Part shown: positions 15,610 through 21,903 of the stretch, one piece after another | Numbering within the stretch: the first letter of the stretch is position 1 | How the letters are laid out: every line of letters begins with the position of its first letter | Assembly: GCA_040905425.1 (NCBI GenBank) | Contig: JBBDRO010000082.1 | Span: forward strand, 1 to 21,903 | Origin: Gemmatimonadota bacterium | Lineage (GTDB): Bacteria; Gemmatimonadota; Gemmatimonadetes; Longimicrobiales; RSA9 | Length of the DNA: 21,903 bases | Direction of reading: 5' to 3' | Translations under genes and position numbers: made by a program | Notes under the pieces: model-generated | What the model was told of the DNA's origin: nothing | The model's input: only the letters and a program-made list of their open reading frames with translations | Database searches by the model: none

Positions 15610-16934
15610 GCGGGGCCCCCGCTCGGCTCGTCGTCCCCCACCGCCTTCGCCAACACGCTCAGTACGGCGTGGCGCTCCATAGTCTCCACCTGCACCGTGA
15701 CGCCGTCGATGTCCAGCGTCTCACCGGGCTCAGGAATGTGCCCCAGGCGCTCCATGATCAGCCCGCCTACCGTGTCCGATTCCCCGTCCCAGAGTGTGCC
15801 GATCCACGGCGTGGCATCGTGCAGCAGCATGTCCCCCGGCAGGCGGACGCGGCCGTCCGCCAGCTTTTCCGGCTGCCCGCCGGCGTGCTTGTACTCGTCG
15901 GCCACCTCGCCCAGCAGTTCGGTGAGGATGTCCTCCGTAGTGATGATCCCGGCCGTGCCGCCGAAGTCATCCACCACCACGGCCATGATGCCGCGCTCCC
16001 GGCGCATGAGAGCCAGCACGCGATCGGCGGACACGCGCTCGTGCACCGCCAGGATGGGCCGCACGAGCGGCTCGAGCGGCTCGCCCGCCTCGCTCTCCCC
16101 CGACACCCAGGCCATGGCCAGGTCCTTGGCGTGCACCATGCCCACGATATCATCGATGGAACCCTCGTATACCGGCAGGCGCGTGTACGGCAGGTCCGCC
16201 GCCCTGGCCACCGCGGCCGCGAGTCCGGCGTCCTGGTCCAGCGCAACCACCCGCGTGCGCGGTACCATCAGCTCCCCCGCCGTGCGCTGCGTCAGCCCCA
16301 GGGCGTGCACGATGCGGCGCTGCTCCTCCGGCTGCAGGTGGCCGCCCGCCCGGCTCTCCGCCACCAGGTACTTGATCTCCTCAGCCGAGTGCAGGTGGCG
16401 GTGCGCCTTGGGCTCCACGCCAATGAGGCGAAGCACGATCCAGCCGCTGCCGTTCAGCACGGTGATGAACCATCCGAGCAGCTTCTGGGACCAGCGCAGC
16501 GGGATAACGGTGAGCAGCGCAACGCGCGTGGGGAACTGGAGCGCCAGTGATTTCGGCACCAGCTCGCCCAGGACCATCTGGAAGGTGGTGAGGACAATGA
16601 GCACCACCGCCGCCGAGGTGGACTGCGCCGCCACCGTCTGCATACTGCCCCAGCGCTCAAAGAGCGGCGCGAGCGCCTGCCCGAGCGTGGCCTGCCCGTA
16701 GGCGCCGAGCACCAGGCTGGACACGGTGATGCCCACCTGGCAGGCGGCAATGTAGCGGTCCAGACGCGGCGCTTCGTCCAGCGTGGGCAGGAGCCGGCGC
16801 GCCAGGCGGTTGCCCTCCTCCGCCATCTGCCGGACGCGGCTTCGCCGCACACTCACCGCCGCGAATTCCGCCGCCACGTACAGCCCGTTGAGCGTGATCA
16901 GGACGGCCAGGACAATCCAGGTGAAGGGGCTCAA
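15606..16934 (-). CDS. Hemolysin-family CNNM/CorC protein, second paralogue, 442 aa
   Basis: NGLYVAAEFA, QVGITVSSLVLG, VLGELVPKSLAL, YTRLPVY, VVDDFGGTAGIITTEDIL. TTG start; ATGA overlap with the downstream paralogue. Confidence 0.95.
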   Translation of the reverse strand: MSPFTWIVLAVLITLNGLYVAAEFAAVSVRRSRVRQMAEEGNRLARRLLPTLDEAPRLDRYIAACQVGITVSSLVLGAYGQATLGQALAPLFERWGSMQTVAAQSTSAAVVLIVLTTFQMVLGELVPKSLALQFPTRVALLTVIPLRWSQKLLGWFITVLNGSGWIVLRLIGVEPKAHRHLHSAEEIKYLVAESRAGGHLQPEEQRRIVHALGLTQRTAGELMVPRTRVVALDQDAGLAAAVARAADLPYTRLPVYEGSIDDIVGMVHAKDLAMAWVSGESEAGEPLEPLVRPILAVHERVSADRVLALMRRERGIMAVVVDDFGGTAGIITTEDILTELLGEVADEYKHAGGQPEKLADGRVRLPGDMLLHDATPWIGTLWDGESDTVGGLIMERLGHIPEPGETLDIDGVTVQVETMERHAVLSVLAKAVGDDEPSGGPA

Positions 16935-17004
16935 CGCACGGCCGATTGCGGGAGGGGTTCAGCGGCAGAAACGGCCACGGAGGGTGGCTGCGGGGGTGTG
17001 GGTC

Positions 17005-17946
17005 TCAGCCGCCCGCCAGGCGTGCGGTGCACACGGTGCCGAGCAGGGCGCCGCATACTACGAAGAGCGTGAGCCACAGGACGGCTCGCCGCCGGAAATG
17101 GCTGGCCAGCTCCTCCTGGGATCTGGGGGACAGAATGAAGGGGCGGCCATCCGGGGGCTCGAGCAGCAGGTTCACGGCGGGCTCCAGCGCGGCCTCGGCC
17201 GCGCGCCCCGCCACCACGCGTTCCGCCTCGGCCCGGGCACCTTCCCACTCCCCCATGTCCACCTGCCCGCTGCCGTCGGCGTCGAAGCGCTCTATCAGGG
17301 CCTGCCGATCCGTCTTCCATTCCTTGAGCTGCTCTCCCACCTGGCGGCGCTGCTCGGCCGCGCCGAAATCACCCGTGCGCGTCTCGAAGTGGCCGATGGC
17401 GTACATCGGTTCGCCGGGACGCATGATCCGCTCCGTGTAGCGGTAGCGGCCGAACAGCCGGCTGAACCCGGAACCGGTGGGGCCGCCGGTTGGTCGCCGG
17501 CTGTTGCCATACCAGACGGTGTTCACGTTGGCCACCACGTCCGCCCCCTGCGGATTCACCAGCGCGTGGCCGGTGTCATCCTCGAAGCGGATGAGGTGGG
17601 GGCTGGTGTCCTTCTCGACCGTGACCCAGGTCGTGCGCGTGCGCCCCTTGGAGGTGCGCCGCGTCTCCTTGCGCTGGATGTGGTAGTGCCACCACGTGCA
17701 CGCTCGACCGGTGAGCGGCGCGGTGAGCGGCGCCTCATCGGACGGTAACTGACGCCCGCACAGCTCCGTATAGCCCTGCGCCGCCGAGCGCACCAGCGAC
17801 GTGGCCACATCCTCGATCACCCGCGCGCCCGCCAGCGAGCGACGCCAGAGCCAGAAGCCCACGCCCGTGCCTACCGCCAGGAGCGCCACCGTTTGCCAGA
17901 AATCGCCCGCGTCCTGCGCCACGATCGCCTGGATGAAGCCGTCCAT
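17005..17946 (-). CDS. GIDE-domain (MUL1/MAPL-like 'E3 ubiquitin ligase family') membrane protein with EF-hand-like loop, about 313 aa
   Basis: ATG 17946 after GGGGAGAG. N-terminal TM, IEDVATSLVRSAAQGYTELCG, APLTGRACTWWHY, F.DDTG..LVNP.GA, RYTERIMRPGEPMYAIG, PFILS, C-terminal TM. No RING domain seen. Confidence 0.8.
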   Translation of the reverse strand: MDGFIQAIVAQDAGDFWQTVALLAVGTGVGFWLWRRSLAGARVIEDVATSLVRSAAQGYTELCGRQLPSDEAPLTAPLTGRACTWWHYHIQRKETRRTSKGRTRTTWVTVEKDTSPHLIRFEDDTGHALVNPQGADVVANVNTVWYGNSRRPTGGPTGSGFSRLFGRYRYTERIMRPGEPMYAIGHFETRTGDFGAAEQRRQVGEQLKEWKTDRQALIERFDADGSGQVDMGEWEGARAEAERVVAGRAAEAALEPAVNLLLEPPDGRPFILSPRSQEELASHFRRRAVLWLTLFVVCGALLGTVCTARLAGG

Positions 17947-17966
17947 GGTGCTCTCCCCGCCCCGGG

Positions 17967-18533
17967 TTAGCTGAACAGCTCCTTCATGTTCACGTCCGCC
18001 AGCTCCTCGGCCTCGAACTCCAGCAGTTCGGCACCACGGAAATTGAAGGCGTTGGCAATCATCACGTCGGGGAACTGCTCGATGCGCACGTTCAGGTTGG
18101 TCACGGTGGCGTTGTAGAACTCGCGCCGGTCGGCAATGGCGTTCTCGAGCTGGCTGATGCGGGCCTGGAGCTGCTGGAAGGAGCGGTCCGCCTTGAGCTC
18201 CGGGTACGCCTCGGCCACGGCGAACAGTGAGCCCAACCCCATGCGCAGCTGGCCCTCGGCCGGACCCAGCGCCGCCACGTCCCCCGCCTGGCGCGCCTGG
18301 GACACGGCACTCCGCGCCCGCATGACCTTCTCGAAGGTCTCCTGCTCGTGGCGCATGTACTGCTTGGCCGTCTCCACGAGCTTGGGCAGCTCGTCGTGCC
18401 GCTGCTTCAGCAGCACGTCGATGTTGGCCCAACTCTTCTCCACGTCGTGCTTGAGCCGCACCAGGTTGTTGTAGATGGTGGCGGCGTAGACCACCGTGAC
18501 CACCACCAGCGCCAGCAGGATCCAGCCAATCAT
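17967..18533 (-). CDS. lemA: LemA family protein, about 188 aa
   Basis: N-terminal TM, YNNLV, WANIDVLLKQRHDELPKLV, AVAEAYPELKAD..F..LQ..I...EN.IA..R.FYN, FPDVMIA. GGAG SD before ATG 18533. Confidence 0.95.
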   Translation of the reverse strand: MIGWILLALVVVTVVYAATIYNNLVRLKHDVEKSWANIDVLLKQRHDELPKLVETAKQYMRHEQETFEKVMRARSAVSQARQAGDVAALGPAEGQLRMGLGSLFAVAEAYPELKADRSFQQLQARISQLENAIADRREFYNATVTNLNVRIEQFPDVMIANAFNFRGAELLEFEAEELADVNMKELFS

Positions 18534-18626
18534 GGACGCAGCTCCGTGTCGGAGGGTGGGCGGAAGGCGGCCGCGCACGGGGCCGGCCGGTCCGACGTTA
18601 CACGCAGTGGCGCTTCGATGCCAGTA

Positions 18627-19310
18627 TCACGCGTCCTCGAGCTGGCTCTCCGTGCGGTCCGGGAGCCTGCCCTCGGGGTGCCGCTGGCGGAGCAGCTGTT
18701 CAAGGAAATCCACCTGCTTCTGGAGTTCCTGCACCTGGCTCTCGAGGAGGTCAAGGCGGCGGTTCTCGGCAGGCTTCTCCGCCCTGGGCGGGGAAACCTG
18801 CTTGTGCGTCACCTTCTCCGGTTCGAGCGCGATGGCTGGCAGGGCCAGCATGTGGTCCACCACGCGCCGCACCATCCGGGTGGGTCCCAGACCCGGGATG
18901 GACTCCCTGTTCGCCGCGCTCAGGCCGGACAGCGCCACTTGCAGTTGGTAGGCGTCGTCCTTGGGAACGCTGAGCGCGTATTTCTGGCCGCTGGCCGTCA
19001 GCAGCACGCGGCCTCGGAAGGGCCCGATGCGCAGTGTCACCCGCGTGATGTGGCCCGCCTGGACCTCGATCTGGCGCCATCCGGAACGCACCCCCGAGCG
19101 CATGCACAGCAGCCGCCGGTCCGTGACCACGATAAGCCAGGTGCGGCGCAGCCAGCGCAGGCGCGCCACCTTGCCGCGGGAGAGCGCCTGCAGCTGCTCA
19201 TCGGCCTGCAGGACGGCGGGCAGATCACGGAACTCGCGCTGGTCCCACCAGTGCGAGCCTTCGCCCATGGCTTGCAGTTGCTGATCGATGGAGCCGCGGT
19301 CGAGGGGCAT
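18627..19310 (-). CDS. Bacterial PH-domain protein (bPH_3/YokE-like) with C-terminal coiled coil, 227 aa
   Basis: EFRDLPAVLQADEQLQALSRG...WLIVVTDRRLLCM is typical of bacterial PH domains; heptad segment LDLLESQVQELQKQVDFLEQLL. Confidence 0.75.
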   Translation of the reverse strand: MPLDRGSIDQQLQAMGEGSHWWDQREFRDLPAVLQADEQLQALSRGKVARLRWLRRTWLIVVTDRRLLCMRSGVRSGWRQIEVQAGHITRVTLRIGPFRGRVLLTASGQKYALSVPKDDAYQLQVALSGLSAANRESIPGLGPTRMVRRVVDHMLALPAIALEPEKVTHKQVSPPRAEKPAENRRLDLLESQVQELQKQVDFLEQLLRQRHPEGRLPDRTESQLEDA

Positions 19311-19399
19311 GCTGGCCTGTTCGGGTGAGGGATTGCTGGAAGTGTAGGATCGCCACGGGAAGGTCCGAGGCGCAAGCGGCGCGCCGCCGTGGTCCGCGC

Positions 19400-21796
19400 C
19401 TAGGCCCCTCCGGCCCGTGGCAGGCGGGGTACGCCGAGCGCTGGATCCACCGGCCCGCGATCCGGGTTACGCGTGCGTGTCCGATCCCGTCCCCGACCGC
19501 CGAAGACCGACTCGAACCAGCCGGCCAGCCGGTCGACGAACGGCTCGTCGGCCCGGCGCGGACACGCCTCGGGCGGCTCGGTCCCCGCCAGGAAGAGCTC
19601 CCGTCTGGCCATGCCGCTTCGGATACGGCAGCCCGCGCGCAACACCATGCCCGACTCTGGATCCACCCGCAGGGTGAGGACGCCAGCGGGCGCCTCCCAG
19701 GCCGGCGGCGGCGGCCGGTCCTGGTGCGCGCGCGCCATGACGCGGCCCCATATGGGTGCGGCCACCCCACCGCCGGTGGCGCGATAGGGCAGGGGGCGCA
19801 CGTCGTCGTAGCCCACCCACACAACGCCCACCAGTTCGGGCGTGTACCCCACGAACCATACGTCCGTGGCGTCACTGGTGGTGCCCGTCTTGCCCGCCGC
19901 CGGCCCGCGCAAGCCGGCGGAGCGCGCGCGTGTGCCCGTGCCCCGGTCCACCACGTCGCGCAGCATGTCCGTCAGGATGTAAGCGACGTCCCCGCGCACC
20001 ATCGTCGCGCGCTCCGGCTCCGGACCCCGCCACAGCACCGTGCCCTCCGCGTCCTCCACGCGCAGCACGAAGCGGGGCTCCACACGCGTCCCCAGGGTGG
20101 CGAAACCCGCGTACGCGCTGGCCATCTCGGCGGGGCTCACCGCGGTGACACCGAGCGCGGCCACGGGTGAGGCGGGCACCAGGCCTTGGATGCCGGCGCG
20201 GCGCGCGAAGTCCGCCACCGCGGTGGTGCCCACCGCGGCGGCGAGCCGCGCCGCCGGCACGTTCTGCGAGCGCACCAGCGCCTCGCGCATGCTCATGCGT
20301 CCTTCGTAGGTGCCCGAGTAGTTGCGCGGCTGCCACGTGCGGCCGCCGTCGAGCGCGAAGCGGAAAGGGCCGTCCAGGATCGGCTGGCTCGGTACGAAGC
20401 CGCGCTCCAGCGCCGCCGCGTAGACGAACGGCTTGAAGGCGCTGCCCGCCTGCCGGCGCGCCAGGCGGGCCCGGTCGAAGCGCGAATGGTCGAAATCCCG
20501 GCCGCCGATCCAGGCGCGCACCTCGCCGGTGCGGGCGTCCATGAACACGACCGCGCCCTGCACGTACGGTGTCCGCTGGCCGGCCGGCGGGGCGTCCGCA
20601 CGGTAGCTGTCCGTGGCCATGCGGCCGTAGGCGCCGCGCTCCACCGCGCGCAGCTGGTCCTCCAGGGCGTCCTCGGCCGCCTGCTGCGCCGCCGGGTCCA
20701 GGGTGGTGAGGATGCGCCGGGGCGCGGCGTACAGCTCCGCGCCCAGCTCCACCTCGAGGAGGCGGCGCACGTGTTGGACGAAGTAGGGCGCCGGGCCGTC
20801 GCCGGCGCGGGCGCCGTCCGCCTCGGGGACCACCGCCACGTCCCGCGCCCGCGCCGCCCCGGCTTCCTCGGGGTCCACCAGCCGCTGCTCCTGCATGAGC
20901 GCGAGCACCAGGTCCCGCCGGGCGCGTGCCTCCTCGGGACGGCGACGCGGGTCGTAGTGCGCGGGGGCGCGAGGCAGCGCGGCCAACAGGGCGGCTTCCG
21001 GCAGCTCCAGCTCCCGCGCCGGCTTGCCGAAATAGTAGCGGCTGGCCGCCTCCACCCCCCGTGTCCCGGCACCCAGGTAGACATGGTTCAGGTACAGCTC
21101 GAGGATCTCGACCTTCGTGAACCGATCCTCGATCTCGCGGGCTACGCGCGCTTCCAGCAGCTTGCGCCCGAAGGATTTCTCCTCCCGCCGGATGCGGTCG
21201 GGGAAGAGGGTGCGTGCCAGCTGCATGGGGATGGTGCTGGAGCCCTGCACGGGTGCGCGAGCCCGGATGTCCGCCCGCAGCGCGCCCAGCACCCGGATCC
21301 AGTCCACGCCGCGGTGCTCGAAGAAGCGTCGATCCTCCACCGCCACGAAGGCCAGCGCCACATACGGCGGCAGGGAATCCAGCGGCACCACCTCGTACTC
21401 CATGGGGGCCAGGTCGGCAAAGCGTTCCCCATGCCGGTCCAGGAGCACCGCCGCGCCGCCCGGCTGGTAGGAGGTCAACTGGCCCACGTCCGGGCAGCCG
21501 CGCAGGCCGCAGCTCTCCCAGAGCAGCCACCCGCCCAGCAGCGCCACCGCGCCCAGGATGGCGGCCTGCCGGGGTGTGGGCGCATGGCGCCGCGCTGCCG
21601 CCGCCCTGCGTCCCAGAGTGTCGTGGGCGGCCAGGATGCGTGCCCGGATCGCGGGCCAGCGGCGCCGCACGCCCGCTTCGAGCGCGAACGTCGCTTGACG
21701 AACCTCCTCCATCCGCGCGCGCAGGAATTCGTCCGCGCGGCGCAGGAGTTCGCGCCACCGCTCCGGTGGCTCGCCCGTGGGGAAGTCGGCAGGCAT
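19400..21796 (-). CDS. Class A penicillin-binding protein (PBP1A family, transglycosylase/transpeptidase), about 798 aa
   Basis: GT51 motifs EDRRF.EH.GVD, QGSSTIPMQLAR, RKLLE, KVEILELYLN; transpeptidase SxxK (GSAFKP), SxN (SQN), KTGT; single TM. Start uncertain (ATG 21796 chosen). Confidence 0.95.
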   Translation of the reverse strand: MPADFPTGEPPERWRELLRRADEFLRARMEEVRQATFALEAGVRRRWPAIRARILAAHDTLGRRAAAARRHAPTPRQAAILGAVALLGGWLLWESCGLRGCPDVGQLTSYQPGGAAVLLDRHGERFADLAPMEYEVVPLDSLPPYVALAFVAVEDRRFFEHRGVDWIRVLGALRADIRARAPVQGSSTIPMQLARTLFPDRIRREEKSFGRKLLEARVAREIEDRFTKVEILELYLNHVYLGAGTRGVEAASRYYFGKPARELELPEAALLAALPRAPAHYDPRRRPEEARARRDLVLALMQEQRLVDPEEAGAARARDVAVVPEADGARAGDGPAPYFVQHVRRLLEVELGAELYAAPRRILTTLDPAAQQAAEDALEDQLRAVERGAYGRMATDSYRADAPPAGQRTPYVQGAVVFMDARTGEVRAWIGGRDFDHSRFDRARLARRQAGSAFKPFVYAAALERGFVPSQPILDGPFRFALDGGRTWQPRNYSGTYEGRMSMREALVRSQNVPAARLAAAVGTTAVADFARRAGIQGLVPASPVAALGVTAVSPAEMASAYAGFATLGTRVEPRFVLRVEDAEGTVLWRGPEPERATMVRGDVAYILTDMLRDVVDRGTGTRARSAGLRGPAAGKTGTTSDATDVWFVGYTPELVGVVWVGYDDVRPLPYRATGGGVAAPIWGRVMARAHQDRPPPPAWEAPAGVLTLRVDPESGMVLRAGCRIRSGMARRELFLAGTEPPEACPRRADEPFVDRLAGWFESVFGGRGRDRTRTRNPDRGPVDPALGVPRLPRAGGA

Positions 21797-21809
21797 GTCC
21801 CGCCCGTGT

Positions 21810-21825
21810 AGCAAGGGCGGCGCCA
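21810..21825 (-). promoter_or_regulatory. Sigma54-like -24/-12 element upstream of PBP1A
   Basis: Minus strand TGGCGCCGCCCTTGCT closely fits TGGCAC-N5-TTGCW with GG-N10-GC spacing. Confidence 0.4.
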
Positions 21826-21903
21826 CGCCGCCGCCGTCAGCCGGATGCGCTAGTGATGTGTCGCAGAAGTCACGTTGCATTCGGAACCGGCTGCATCCCA
21901 GCC

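Noticed and set aside
16965..16990. Intrinsic terminator between the GIDE and CNNM genes
   Set aside because: Short imperfect stem with only GTTTCT after it; no convincing U-tract.
21217..21249. Inactive transglycosylase because motif 2 reads GSSTIPMQ
   Set aside because: The catalytic Glu motif (EDRRF) and the other GT51 motifs are intact; one deviation is not enough to call it inactive.
1..21903. CRISPR array, tRNA/rRNA, IS/integrase, prophage or known defence system
   Set aside because: Intergenic gaps are short with no repeat-spacer pattern or cloverleaf, and no ORF shows transposase, integrase, phage structural or defence motifs.

Overview
GC-rich bacterial DNA (style compatible with a Gemmatimonadota/Longimicrobiales-like organism; this is inference) with about 19 CDSs. 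I saw no rRNA, tRNA, CRISPR array or transposase. Left end, minus strand: a truncated membrane PAS sensor and a VOC/glyoxalase gene. Diverging from these is a tightly packed plus-strand cluster (1340-8612) encoding a membrane-anchored protein with two copies of an 'HFARW...SN(Y/F)D' domain, a DyP-type heme peroxidase, a 6-TM protein built from three gapless Glu/Glu-His hairpin repeats, a Bor-like lipoprotein, an ALO/GULO-like FAD oxidoreductase, an exported beta-rich protein and a probable beta-propeller. This cluster is the best candidate for an undescribed system, possibly a membrane-associated oxidase/peroxidase module. It is followed by a lower-GC membrane TPR gene, a Zn-ribbon/Smr protein, a ChaN-like protein, a universal stress protein and an SLC13/TrkA-C permease. 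A convergent minus-strand block encodes PBP1A, a bacterial PH-domain protein, LemA, a GIDE-domain protein with an EF-hand-like loop and two tandem CNNM/CorC (hemolysin-family) paralogues. Family assignments come from motif recognition only; no searches were run.
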